Assembly: GCF_009914755.1 (NCBI RefSeq)
Contig: NC_060926.1
Source of the DNA: the human T2T-CHM13v2.0 reference genome, Homo sapiens
Length of the DNA stretch: 64,000 nt
Strand: one strand, 5' to 3'
The notes under the pieces are model-generated. The model did not search any database and was not told the DNA's origin. It saw nothing but the letters and a program-made list of their open reading frames with translations. Below are positions 30,501 through 45,700 of this stretch, piece by piece. The first letter of the stretch is position 1, and each line of letters begins with the position of its first letter. Both the position numbers and the translations under genes were made by a program.

Positions 30501-31062
30501 GATTCCATTCGATTCCATTCAGTGATTCCAGTTCATTACAGTTGATGATGATTCCTTTCGATTCCATTCGATGATTCCATTTGATTCCAATCGATGTTGA
30601 TTCCATTCGAGTCCATTCGATGATTCCATTCGATTCCATTCAATGATGATTCCATTCGAGTCCATTCAATGGTGATTCCATTGGATTCCATTCGGTGATG
30701 GCATTCGATTCCGTTCGATGATTGCATTCGATTCCATTTGATGATTCCCTTCGATTCCATTCAAAGTTTATTCCATTCGAGTCCGTTTTATAATTCCATT
30801 CGATTCCATTCTCCGATGATTCCACTGGAGTCCGTTCGATGATTCCATTCAATTCCAGTTGATGATGATTCCATTCGATTCCATTTGATGATTCCCTTCG
30901 ATTCCATTCAAAGTTTATTCCATTCGAGTCTATTTGATATTTCCATTCGATTCCATTCTCCGATGATTCCACTGGAGTCCGTTCTATGATTCCATTCAAT
31001 TCCAGTTGATGATGATTTCATTCGAGTCCATTCAATGATTTCATTGGATTCCATTTGATGAT
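24520..31062 (+). repeat. Complete macro-repeat unit, 6543 bp (carries 98-bp duplication)
   Basis: The ORF track repeats at +6543 (21174/27717, 23993/30536, 24498/31041). Confidence 0.9.
25983..26178 (+). repeat. 98-bp internal tandem duplication
   Basis: GATGATTCTATTCGAGTCC...CCAATCGATGATTA(C/A)AGTCG occurs at 25983 and 26081. Confidence 0.88.
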
Positions 31063-34000
31063 GACTCCTTCCGGTTCCATTCCATGATGATTCCATTCGG
31101 TTCCATTAGATAGTGATTCCATTCAAGTCCATTCGATGATTCCATTCGATTCCATTCGATGATGATTCCATTCCGGTCCATTCGATGATTCCTTTCGATT
31201 CCACTTGATTTTGATTCCATTTGAGTCCATTTGATTATTCCCTTTGAATGCATTCCATGATTCCTTTCGATTCCATTTGATGTTGCTTCCATTCGAGTCC
31301 ATTCGATGATTCCATTTGATTTCATTCAATGATGATTCGATTCAATTCCGTTCGATGATTCCATTTGATTCCATTCGATGACAACTCCATTCGAGTCCAT
31401 TCGATGATTCCTTTCGAGTCCATTTGATGATTCTATTTGGTTCCATTCGATGATGATTCCTTTGAATTCCATTCGTTGATGATTCCATTCGATTCCATTC
31501 GATGATGATTCCATTCAATTGCATTCGATGATGATTCCATTCGATTCCATTCGATGATGATTCCATTCGGTTTCATTCGATGATTCTATTCAATTCCTTT
31601 CTATGATTATTCAATTCTTTTCCATTTGATGATTCCATGTGATTCCATTTGATGATGATTCCATTCGTTTGCATTCGATTATGATTCCATTCAGGTCCAT
31701 TCAAAGATTCCATTCGATTCCATTCTATGATGATTGCATTTGAGTTCATTTGATGATTCCATTCGACTCCATTCGATGATGATTCCATTCGTTGATATTC
31801 AATGATTCCATTCGATTCCATTTGCTGATGATTCCATTCGACTCCATTCAATGATTCCATTCGATTGCATTCAATGAGGATTCCATTCGAGTCCATTTGA
31901 TGATTCTGTTCAATTCCATTCGATGATGATTCCTCTCAAATCCATTTGATGATTCCATTCGAGTACATTCGATTATTCCATTTGATTTTATTCGATGATG
32001 ATTCCATTCGATGCCATTCGATGATTCCATTCGATTCCATTCAACGGTGATTCCATTCGATGCCATTCGATGATTCCATTCAATCCTATTTGATGATGAT
32101 TCCATTCGTGTCCATTCGATGATTCCGTTCGTTTCCATTCGATGATGATTCAATTTGAATCCATTCGATGATTCCTATCGATTCCATTCGATGACTCCGT
32201 GCAATCCCATTCGATGTTTCCATTCGATTGTCTTCGATGATCATTCCATTCGATTCAATTTGGTGATTCCATTCGATGATGATTCCGTTCGATTCCATTC
32301 GATGAGGATTCCATTCGATTCCATTTGATGATGATTCCATTCGAATCCATTTGACAATGATTCCATTCGAGTCCATTTGATGATTCCATTCGATTCCATT
32401 TGATGATGATTCCACTCAAGTCCATTCGATTATTCCATTCGAGTCCATTCAATGATTCCATTAGATTCCATTCGATGATGATTCCATTCGAGTCCATTCT
32501 TTGATTCCATTCGATTCCATTCGATGATGATTCTATTCGAGTCCATTCGTTGATTCCATTCGATTCCATTCAATGATGATTCCATTCCAGTCCAATCGAT
32601 GATTACAGTCAATTCCATTCGATGATGATAACCCTCGAGTCCATTCGATGATTCCACTCGAGTCCATTCGATGATTTCCTTAGATTCCATTCAATGATGA
32701 TTCCACGGAATGCAATTCAATGACCAAATTCGATTCCATTCGATGTTGTTTCCATTCAAGTCCATTTGATGATTCTATTCGATTCCATTCAATGATGATT
32801 CCATTCGTGTCCACTCGATGATTCCATTCTATTCCATTCGATGATTATTCAATTAGACTCCATTCGATGATGATTCCATTCGATTTCTTTCTGTGATTCT
32901 ATTCATTTCCATTCGATGTTGATTCCATTCTTTTCCAGTCGATGATTCCATTCGATGCCATTCGTTGATTACATTGGATTACATTCGACGATGACTCCAT
33001 TCTATTCCATTTGATGATTCCATTCGATTCCATTCGATGAGGATTCCATTTGATTCCATTCAATGATGATTCCATTCATGTCCATTCGAATGAATTACAT
33101 TTCATTGCTTTCGATGATGATTCCATTCACGTCCATTAGATGATTCCATTTGATTCCATTCATTGATGATTCCGTTCAGATTCCATTCGATGGTTCCATT
33201 CGATTCCATTTGATGATGATTCCATTCAATTGCATTCAATGATTCCATTCGATTCCATTCGATGATGATTCCCTTCGAGTCCATTAGAAGATTCCATAAC
33301 ATTCCATTCGATGGTGATTCCTTTCCATTTCATTCAATGATTCCATTCGATTCCATTCGATGATGATTCCCTTCGAGTCCATGACATGATTTCGTAACAT
33401 TCCATTCGATGGTGATTTCATTTGATTCCATTCGATGGTGATTCCATTTGATTCCATTCGATGATTCCTTTCGTGTCCATTCGATGACACCATTGGATTC
33501 CATTCGATGATTTCATTCGTTTCCACTTGTTGATGATTCCATTCGATTCCATTCGATGATGATTCCATTCGATTCCCTTCATTGATGATTCGATTAGATT
33601 CCATTTGATGATGATTCCATTCGAGTCCATTCAATGAAGATTCCATTCACTTTCATTTGATGATGATTCCATTTGACTCCATTCAATGATGATTCCATTC
33701 GATTCCATTCAAAGATTCATTTCGAGTCCATTCAATGACTCCATTCGATTCCACTTGATGATGATTCCTTTCAAGTCCATTCAATGATTCCATTCAATTC
33801 CATTCCATAATAATTCCTTTCAAGTCCATTCAATGATTCCATTCAGTTGCATTCGATGATTCCATACGATTTCATTCGATGATGATTCCATTTGAGTCCA
33901 TTTGATGATTCCATTAGATTCCATTCGAGCATAATTCCTTTCGAGTCCATTCGATGATTCCATTCAATTCCATTCCATGATGATTCCATTTCATTCCATT

Positions 34001-37000
34001 CAATGATGATTGCATTCGAGTCCATTCTATGATTCCTTTGTATTCCATTCTTTGATTCCATTCAATTCCATTCGATGACGATTGCATTCGACTACATTCG
34101 ATGATTCCACTCGATTCCATCTGATGATTGGAGTCCATTCGCTGATTCTTTTAGATTCCACTCAAAGACGATTCCATTCAATTCCATTCCATGATACCAT
34201 TCGATTCCATTCATTGATGATTCCATTTGATTCCATTTGATGATTCCATTTTATTCCATTCGATGATGATTCCATTCCATTCCATTTGATGATTCCATTC
34301 CATTCCATTAGATGTTGATTCCATTCGTGTCCACTTGATGATTCCATTCTTTTCCGTTCGACCATGATTCCATTCGATTCCATTCGATGATTCCATTCGA
34401 GTACATTCGATGATTCCATTCGAGTACATTCGATGATTCCACTCGATTCCATACGATGATTATTCCATTGGAGTCCATTTGGCGATTCCTTTAGGTTCCA
34501 CTCGAAGATGATTCCATTTGATTCCATTCGATTATACCATTCGATTCCATTCATTGATGATTCCATTCAAGTGCATTTGATGATACCATTCGATTCCATT
34601 CGATGATGATTCCATTCGTTTCCATTTGATTATTCCATTCTATTCCATTCAGTGATGATTCCATTAGAGTCAATTCGATGATTCCGTTGGAGTCCATTTG
34701 ATGATGATTCCATTCAGTGATTCCATTCAATTCTATTTGATAATGATTCCAATCGATTCCATTCGATGTTGATTCCATGGGATTCCATTCTATGATTTCA
34801 TTCGATTGCATTAGACAATGACTCCATTCGATTCCATTTGATGATTCCATTCGATTCTATTTGATGATGATTCCATTTGATTCCATTTGATGATGATTGC
34901 ATTCTATTCATTTCGACGATGATTCCATTCGGGTGCATTAGATGATTCCATACGATTCCATTCGATGACGATTCCATTCTATTCCATGCAATGATGATTC
35001 CATTCGGGTCCATTATATGATTCCATTCGATTGCATTCGAGGATGATTCCATTCGTGTCCATTGGATGATTCCATTCTTCTCCATTCGATGATGATTACA
35101 TTCAAGTCTATTCGCTGATTCTATTAGAGTCCATTGAATGATTGCTTTTGATTCCATTCGATGCTGATTCCATTCCATTCCATTCCATTCGATGATGATT
35201 CCATTCGATACCATTCTATGATTCCTTTAGATTCCATTTCATGCTGATTCCATTCAATTTCATTCAAAGATTCTATTCGAATCCATTCAATGATGATTCC
35301 ATTCGATTCCATTTGATGATTCCGTTTGATTTCATTTGATGATGTTTCCATTTGATTCCATTTGGTGATTCCATTCAATGATGGTTCCATTCGAGTCCAT
35401 TCAATGATTCCTTTCTACTCTATATGATGATGATTCCATGCGAGGGCATTCAATGGTGATTCCTTTGGATACCATTCGATGATTCCATTCGATTCCATTC
35501 AATGATGATTGCATTCGATTCCATTCGATGATTCCATTGGATTCCATTCAAAGATGATTCCATACGATTCCATTTGATAATTCCATGCGATTCCATTGGA
35601 TCGTTCCAATGGATTCCATTTGATGATGATTCCATTTGTGTCCATTCGATGATTCCATTCAATTCCATCAGATGATGATTCCATTCGAGTGAATTCGATG
35701 TTTCCAATCAATTCCATTCAATGATGTTTCCATTCGAGGCTGTCTGATGACTCTATTCATTTCCATTCTACAATGATTTCCTTTGAGTCCTTTTGAAGAT
35801 TTGATTCGAGTCCTTTCGATGATCCCATTCGATTCCATTCAATGATGATTCCGTTCGAGTCCATTTGACGCGTCCCTTCGAGTACATTTGATGATTCCAT
35901 TCGAGTCCAACTGAGGATTCCATTCAATTCCATTCTGTGATGTTTCCGTATGATTCCATTCGATGATGATTCCATGTGATTCCTTTCGATGATGATTCAT
36001 TTTAATTGCATTTGATTATGATTCATTTCCAGTTCATTCGACGATTCCACACGATTCCATTCGAGGATGATTCCATTCGAGTGTATTTGATGATTCCTTT
36101 CGATTCCATTAGAAGATGATTCCATTTGATTCCGTTCATTGGTGATCCCATTCAATTCCATTCAATGATTCAATTCCATTCCATTCAACAATGATTCCAT
36201 TTGATGATTCCTTCCGCTTGATTCCATTTGATGATGATTCCATTCGATTCCATTCGATGATGATTGCCTTCAATTCCATTCGATGATTCCATTCGATTCC
36301 ATTCGATGACGATTCGGTTTGATTCCATTTGATGATTCCATTCGAGTCCATTCGATGATTCCATTCGATTCCATTTGATGATGATTCCATTTGAGTCCAT
36401 TCGATGATTCCATTCGAGTCCATTCAATGATTCCATTCATTCGAGTCCATTTGATGATTCCATTCGATTCCATTTTATGATTATTCCATTCGTGTCCATT
36501 AGATGATTCCATTCGAGTCCATTCAATAATTCCATTCAATTCCTTTCGATGATTCCATTCGATTCTATTTGATGTTTCCATTCGAGTCCATTTGTTCATT
36601 CATTCGTGTCCATTCGATGACTCCATTCGATTCCATTTGATGATGATCCCATTTGATGATGATTCCATTCGAGTCCATATGATGACTCCATTTGATTCCA
36701 TTCGATGATGATTCCATTCGTGTCCATTCAATGTTTTTGTTCTATTCCATTCAATGAGGATTCCCTTCAAATCCATTTGATGATTGTATTCAAGTCCATT
36801 CAGTGATTGCTTTCGATTCCATTCGATATTGATTCCCTTTGATTCCATTCGATGAGGATTCCATTCGATGTCATTCTAGGATTCCATTCGATTCCATTTG
36901 ATGTTGATTGCATTTGATTCCATTTGATTATTCTATTCGATTATTTTTGATGATGATTCCATTCGATTCCATTCAGTGATTCCAGTTCATTACAGTTGAT

Positions 37001-37369
37001 GATGATTCCTTTCGATTCCATTCGATGATTCCATTTGATTCCAATCGATGATGATTCCATTCGAGTCCATTCGATGACTCCATTCGATTCCATTCAATGA
37101 TGATTCCATTCGAGTCCATTCAATGGTGATTCCATTGGATTCCATTCGGTGATGCCATTCGATTCCGTTCGATGATTGCATTCGATTCCATTTGATGATT
37201 CCCTTCGATTCCATTCAAAGTTTATTCCATTCGAGTCCGTTTGATAATTCCATTTGATTCCATTCTCCGATGATTCCACTGGAGTCCGTTCGATGATTCC
37301 ATTCAATTCCAGTTGATGATGATTCCATTCGAGTCCATTCAATGATTTCATTGGATTCCATTTGATGAT
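31063..37369 (+). repeat. Complete macro-repeat unit, 6307 bp, chimeric between two unit lineages
   Basis: 6445 -147 +49 -30 -10 = 6307, which matches the indels seen in this copy. Confidence 0.87.
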
Positions 37370-40300
37370 GACTCCTTCCGGTTCCATTCCATGATGATTC
37401 CATTCGGTTCCATTAGATAGTGATTCCATTCAAGTCCATTCGATGATTCCATTCGATTCCATTCGATGATGATTCCATTCCGGTCCATTCGATGATTCCT
37501 TTCGATTCCACTTGATGTTGATTCCATTTGAGTCCATTTGATTATTCCATTTGAATGCATTCCATGATTCCTTTCGATTCCATTTGATATTGCTTCCATT
37601 CGAGTCCATTCGATGATTCCATTTGATTTCACTCAATGATGATTCGATTCAATTCTGTTCGATGATTCCATTTGATTCCATTCGATGACAACTCCATTCG
37701 AGTCCATTCGATGATTCCTTTCGAGTCCATTTGATGATTCTATTTGGTTCCATTCGATGATGATTCCTTTGAATTCCATTCGTTGATGATTCCATTCGAT
37801 TCCATTCGATGATGATTCCATTCAATTGCATTCGATGATGATTCCATTCGATTCCATTCGATGATGATTCCATTCGGTTTCATTCGATGATTCTATTCAA
37901 TTCCTTTCTATGATTATTCAATTCTTTTCCATTTGATGATTCCATGTGATTCCATTTGATGATGATTCCATTCGTTTGCATTCGATGATGATTCCATTCA
38001 GGTCCATTCAAAGATTCCATTCGATTCCATTCTATGAGGATTGCATTCGAGTTCATTTGATGATTCCATTCGATTCCATTCGATGATGATTCCCTTCGAG
38101 TCCATGACATGATTTCGTAACATTCCATTCGATGGTGATTTCATTTGATTCCATTCGATGGTGATTCCATTTGATTCCATTCGATGATTCCTTTCGTGTC
38201 CATTCGATGACACCATTGGATTCCATTCGATGATTTCATTCGTTTCCACTTGTTGATGATTCCATTCGATTCCATTCGATGATGATTCCATTCGATTCCC
38301 TTCATTGATGATTCGATTAGATTCCATTTGATGATGATTCCATTCGAGTCCATTCAATGAAGATTCCATTCACTTTCATTTGATGATGATTCCATTTGAC
38401 TCCATTCAATGATGATTCCATTCGATTCCATTCAAAGATTCATTTCGAGTCCATTCAACGATTCCATTCGATTCCACTTGATGATGATTCCTTTCAAGTC
38501 CATTCAATGATTCCATTCAATTCCATTCCATAATAATTCCTTTCAAGTCCATTCAATGATTCCATTCAGTTGCATTCGATGATTCCATACGATTTCATTC
38601 GATGATGATTCCATTTGAGTCCATTTGATGATTCCATTAGATTCCATTCGAGCATAATTCCTTTCGAGTCCATTCGATGATTCCATTCAATTCCATTCCA
38701 TGATGATTCCATTTCATTCCATTCAATGATGATTGCATTCGAGTCCATTCTATGATTCCTTTGTATTCCATTCTTTGATTCCATTCAATTCCATTCGATG
38801 ACGATTGCATTCGACTACATTCGATGATTCCACTCGATTCCATCTGATGATTGGAGTCCATTCGCTGATTCTTTTAGATTCCACTCAAAGACGATTCCAT
38901 TCAATTCCATTCCATGATACCATTCGATTCCATTCATTGATGATTCCATTTGATTCCATTTGATGATTCCATTTTATTCCATTCGATGATGATTCCATTC
39001 CATTCCATTTGATGATTCCATTCCATTCCATTAGATGTTGATTCCATTCGTGTCCACTTGATGATTCCATTCTTTTCCGTTCGACCATGATTCCATTCGA
39101 TTCCATTCGATGATTCCATTCGAGTACATTCGATGATTCCATTCGAGTACATTCGATGATTCCACTCGATTCCATACGATGATTATTCCATTGGAGTCCA
39201 TTTGGCGATTCCTTTAGGTTCCACTCGAAGATGATTCCATTTGATTCCATTCGATTATACCATTCGATTCCATTCATTGATGATTCCATTCAAGTGCATT
39301 TGATGATACCATTCGATTCCATTCGATGATGATTCCATTCGTTTCCATTTGATTATTCCATTCTATTCCATTCAGTGATGATTCCATTAGAGTCAATTCG
39401 ATGATTCCGTTGGAGTCCATTTGATGATGATTCCATTCAGTGATTCCATTCAATTCTATTTGATAATGATTCCAATCGATTCCATTCGATGTTGATTCCA
39501 TGGGATTCCATTCTATGATTTCATTCGATTGCATTAGACAATGACTCCATTCGATTCCATTTGATGATTCCATTCGATTCTATTTGATGATGATTCCATT
39601 TGATTCCATTTGATGATGATTGCATTCTATTCATTTCGACGATGATTCCATTCGGGTGCATTAGATGATTCCATACGATTCCATTCGATGACGATTCCAT
39701 TCTATTCCATGCAATGATGATTCCATTCGGGTCCATTATATGATTCCATTCGATTGCATTCGAGGATGATTCCATTCGTGTCCATTGGATGATTCCATTC
39801 TTCTCCATTCGATGATGATTACATTCAAGTCTATTCGCTGATTCTATTAGAGTCCATTGAATGATTGCTTTTGATTCCATTCGATGCTGATTCCATTCCA
39901 TTCCATTCCATTCGATGATGATTCCATTCGATACCATTCTATGATTCCTTTAGATTCCATTTCATGCTGATTCCATTCAATTTCATTCAAAGATTCTATT
40001 CGAATCCATTCAATGATGATTCCATTCGATTCCATTTGATGATTCCGTTTGATTTCATTTGATGATGTTTCCATTTGATTCCATTTGGTGATTCCATTCA
40101 ATGATGGTTCCATTCGAGTCCATTCAATGATTCCTTTCTACTCTATATGATGATGATTCCATGCGAGGGCATTCAATGGTGATTCCTTTGGATACCATTC
40201 GATGATTCCATTCGATTCCATTCAATGATGATTGCATTCGATTCCATTCGATGATTCCATTGGATTCCATTCAAAGATGATTCCATACGATTCCATTTGA

Positions 40301-42783
40301 TAATTCCATGCGATTCCATTGGATCGTTCCAATGGATTCCATTTGATGATGATTCCATTTGTGTCCATTCGATGATTCCATTCAATTCCATCAGATGATG
40401 ATTCCATTCGAGTGAATTCGATGTTTCCAATCAATTCCATTCAATGATGTTTCCATTCGAGGCTGTCTGATGACTCTATTCATTTCCATTCTACAATGAT
40501 TTCCTTTGAGTCCTTTTGAAGATTTGATTCGAGTCCTTTCGATGATCCCATTCGATTCCATTCAATGATGATTCCGTTCGAGTCCATTTGACGCGTCCCT
40601 TCGAGTACATTTGATGATTCCATTCGAGTCCAACTGAGGATTCCATTCAATTCCATTCTGTGATGTTTCCGTATGATTCCATTCGATGATGATTCCATGT
40701 GATTCCTTTCGATGATGATTCATTTTAATTGCATTTGATTATGATTCATTTCCAGTTCATTCGACGATTCCACACGATTCCATTCGAGGATGATTCCATT
40801 CGAGTGTATTTGATGATTCCTTTCGATTCCATTAGAAGATGATTCCATTTGATTCCGTTCATTGGTGATCCCATTCAATTCCATTCAATGATTCAATTCC
40901 ATTCCATTCAACAATGATTCCATTTGATGATTCCTTCCGCTTGATTCCATTTGATGATGATTCCATTCGATTCCATTCGATGATGATTGCCTTCAATTCC
41001 ATTCGATGATTCCATTCGATTCCATTCGATGAGAATTCGGTTTGATTCCATTTGATGATTCCATTCGAGTCCATTCGATGATTCCATTCGATTCCATTTG
41101 ATGATGATTCCATTTGAGTCCATTCGATGATTCCATTCGAGTCCATTCAATGATTCCATTCATTCGAGTCCATTTGATGATTCCATTCGATTCCATTTTA
41201 TGATTATTCCATTCGTGTCCATTAGATGATTCCATTCGAGTCCATTCAATAATTCCATTCAATTCCTTTCGATGATTCCATTCGATTCTATTTGATGTTT
41301 CCATTCGAGTCCATTTGTTCATTCATTCGTGTCCATTCGATGACTCCATTCGATTCCATTTGATGATGATCCCATTTGATGATGATTCCATTCGAGTCCA
41401 TATGATGACTCCATTTGATTCCATTCGATGATGATTCCATTCGTGTCCATTCAATGTTTTTGTTCTATTCCATTCAATGAGGATTCCCTTCAAATCCATT
41501 TGATGATTGTATTCAAGTCCATTCAGTGATTGCTTTCGATTCCATTCGATATTGATTCCCTTTGATTCCATTCGATGAGGATTCCATTCGATGTCATTCT
41601 AGGATTCCATTCGATTCCATTTGATGTTGATTGCATTTGATTCCATTTGATTATTCTATTCGATTATTTTTGATGATGATTCCATTCGATTCCATTCAGT
41701 GATTCCAGTTCATTACAGTTGATGATGATTCCTTTCGATTCCATTCGATGATTCCATTTGATTCCAATCGATGATGATTCCATTCGAGTCCATTCGATGA
41801 CTCCATTCGATTCCATTCAATGATGATTCCATTCGAGTCCATTCAATGGTGATTCCATTGGATTCCATTCGGTGATGCCATTCGATTCCGTTCGATGATT
41901 GCATTCGATTCCATTTGATGATTCCCTTCGATTCCATTCAAAGTTTATTCCATTCGAGTCCGTTTGATAATTCCATTTGATTCCATTCTCCGATGATTCC
42001 ACTGGAGTCCGTTCGATGATTCCATTCAATTCCAGTTGATGATGATTCCATTCGAGTCCATTCAATGATTTCATTGGATTCCATTTGATGATGACTCCTT
42101 CCGGTTCCATTCCATGATGATTCCATTCGGTTCCATTAGATAGTGATTCCATTCAAGTCCATTCGATGATTCCATTCGATTCCATTCGATGATGATTCCA
42201 TTCCGGTCCATTCGATGATTCCTTTCGATTCCACTTGATGTTGATTCCATTTGAGTCCATTTGATTATTCCATTTGAATGCATTCCATGATTCCTTTCGA
42301 TTCCATTTGATATTGCTTCCATTCGAGTCCATTCGATGATTCCATTTGATTTCACTCAATGATGATTCGATTCAATTCTGTTCGATGATTCCATTTGATT
42401 CCATTCGATGACAACTCCATTCGAGTCCATTCGATGATTCCTTTCGAGTCCATTTGATGATTCTATTTGGTTCCATTCGATGATGATTCCTTTGAATTCC
42501 ATTCGTTGATGATTCCATTCGATTCCATTCGATGATGATTCCATTCAATTGCATTCGATGATGATTCCATTCGATTCCATTCGATGATGATTCCATTCGG
42601 TTTCATTCGATGATTCTATTCAATTCCTTTCTATGATTATTCAATTCTTTTCCATTTGATGATTCCATGTGATTCCATTTGATGATGATTCCATTCGTTT
42701 GCATTCGATGATGATTCCATTCAGGTCCATTCAAAGATTCCATTCGATTCCATTCTATGAGGATTGCATTCGAGTTCATTTGA
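33338..42783 (+). repeat. Near-identical tandem duplication of a 4723-bp partial unit (33338-38060 / 38061-42783)
   Basis: The ORF track is repeated at exactly +4723 with almost identical translations (33418/38141, 34162/38885, 36990/41713, 37649/42372). The junction at ~38060-38073 lies in a shared ATGATTCCATTCGA. Confidence 0.92.
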
Positions 42784-45700
42784 TGATTCCATTCGACTCC
42801 ATTCGATGATGATTCCATTCGTTGATATTCAATGATTCCATTCGATTCCATTTGCTGATGATTCCATTCGACTCCATTCAATGATTCCATTCGATTCCAT
42901 TCAATGAGGATTCCATCCGAGTCCATTTGATGATTCTGTTCAATTCCATTCGATGATGATTCCTCTCAAATCCATTTGATGATTCCATTCGAGTACATTC
43001 GATTATTCCATTTGATTTTATTCGATGATGATTCCATTCGATGCCATTCGATGAATCCATTCGATTCCATTCAATGGTGATTCCATTCGATGCCATTTGA
43101 TGATTCCATTCAATCCTATTTGATGATGATTCCATTCGTGTCCATTCGATGATTCCGTTCGTTTCCATTCGATGATGATTCCATTTCAATCCATTCGATG
43201 ATTCCTATCGATTCCATTCGATGACTCCGTTCAATCCCATTCGATGTTTCCCTTCGATTGTATTTGACGATCATTCCATTCGATTCAATTTGGTGATTCC
43301 ATTCGATGATGATTCCGTTCGATTCCATTCGATGAGGATTCCATTCGATTCCCTTTGATGATGATTCCATTCGATTCCATTCGATGAGGATTCCATTTGA
43401 TTCCATTCAATGATGATTCCATTCATGTCCATTCGATCGAATTACATTTCATTGCTTTCGATGATGATTCCATTCACGTCCATTACATGATTCCATTTGA
43501 TTCCATTCATTGATGATTCCATTCAGATTCCATTCGATGATTCCATTCGATTCCATTTGATGATGATTCCATTCAATTGCATTCAATGATTCCATTCGAT
43601 TCCATTCGATGATGATTCCCTTCGAGTCCATTAGAAGATTCCATAACATTCCATTCGATGGTGATTCCTTTCCATTTCATTCAATGATTCCATTCGATTC
43701 CATTCGATGATGATTCCCTTCGAGTCCATGAGATGATTTCATAACATTTCATTCGATGGTGATTCCATTTGATTGCATTCGATGGTGATTCCATTTGATT
43801 CCATTCGATGATTCCTTTCGTGTCCATTCGATGACACCATTGGATTCCATTCGATGATTTCATTCGTTTCCACTTGTTGATGATTCCATTCGATTCCATT
43901 CGATGATGATTCCATTCGATTCCCTTCATTGATGATTCGATTAGATTCCATTTGATGATGATTCCATTCGAGTCCATTCAATGAAGATTCCATTCACTTT
44001 CATTTGATGATGATTCCATTTGACTCCATTCAATGATGATTCCATTCGATTCCATTCAAAGATTCATTTCGAGTCCATTCAACGATTCCATTCGATTCCA
44101 CTTGATGATGATTCCTTTCAAGTCCATTCAATGATTCCATTCAATTCCATTCCATAATATTTCCTTTCAAGTCCATTCAATGATTCCATTCAGTTGCATT
44201 CGATGATTCCATACGATTTCATTCGATGATGATTCCATTTGAGTCCATTTGATGATTCCATTAGATTCCATTCGAGCATAATTCCTTTCGAGTCCATTCG
44301 ATGATTCCATTCAATTCCATTCCATGATGATTCCATTTCATTCCATTCAATGATGATTGCATTCGAGTCCATTCTATGATTCCTTTGTATTCCATTCTTT
44401 GATTCCATTCAATTCCATTCGATGACGATTGCATTCGACTACATTCGATGATTCCACTCGATTCCATCTGATGATTGGAGTCCATTCGCTGATTCTTTTA
44501 GATTCCACTCAAAGACGATTCCATTCAATTCCATTCCATGATACCATTCGATTCCATTCATTGATGATTCCATTTGATTCCATTTGATGATTCCATTTTA
44601 TTCCATTCGATGATGATTCCATTCCATTCCATTTGATGATTCCATTCCATTCCATTAGATGTTGATTCCATTCGTGTCCACTTGATGATTCCATTCTTTT
44701 CCGTTCGACCATGATTCCATTCGATTCCATTCGATGATTCCATTCGAGTACATTCGATGATTCCATTCGAGTACATTCGATGATTCCACTCGATTCCATA
44801 CGATGATTATTCCATTGGAGTCCATTTGGCGATTCCTTTAGGTTCCACTCGAAGATGATTCCATTTGATTCCATTCGATTATACCATTCGATTCCATTCA
44901 TTGATGATTCCATTCAAGTGCATTTGATGATACCATTCGATTCCATTCGATGATGATTCCATTCGTTTCCATTTGATTATTCCATTCTATTCCATTCAGT
45001 GATGATTCCATTAGAGTCAATTCGATGATTCCGTTGGAGTCCATTTGATGATGATTCCATTCAGTGATTCCATTCAATTCTATTTGATAATGATTCCAAT
45101 CGATTCCATTCGATGTTGATTCCATGGGATTCCATTCTATGATTTCATTCGATTGCATTACACAATGACTCCATTCGATTCCATTTGATGATTCCATTCG
45201 ATTCTATTTGATGATGATTCCATTTGATTCCATTTGATGATGATTGCATTCTATTCATTTCGACGATGATTCCATTCGGGTTCATTAGATGATTCCATAC
45301 GATTCCATTCGATGACGATTCCAATCTATTCCATGCAATGATGATTCCATTCGGGTCCATTATATGATTCCATTCGATTGCATTCGAGGATGATTCCATT
45401 CGTGTCCATTGGATGATTCCATTCTTCTCCATTCGATGATGATTACATTCAAGTCTATTCGCTGATTCTATTAGAGTCCATTGAATGATTGCTTTTGATT
45501 GCATTCGATGCTGATTCCATTCCATTCCATTCCATTCGATGATGATTCCATTCGATACCATTCTATGATTCCTTTAGATTCCATTTCATGCTGATTCCAT
45601 TCAATTTCATTGAAAGATTCTATTCGAATCCATTCAATGATGATTCCATTCGATTCCATTTGATGATTCCGTTTGATTTCATTTGATGATGATTCCATTT

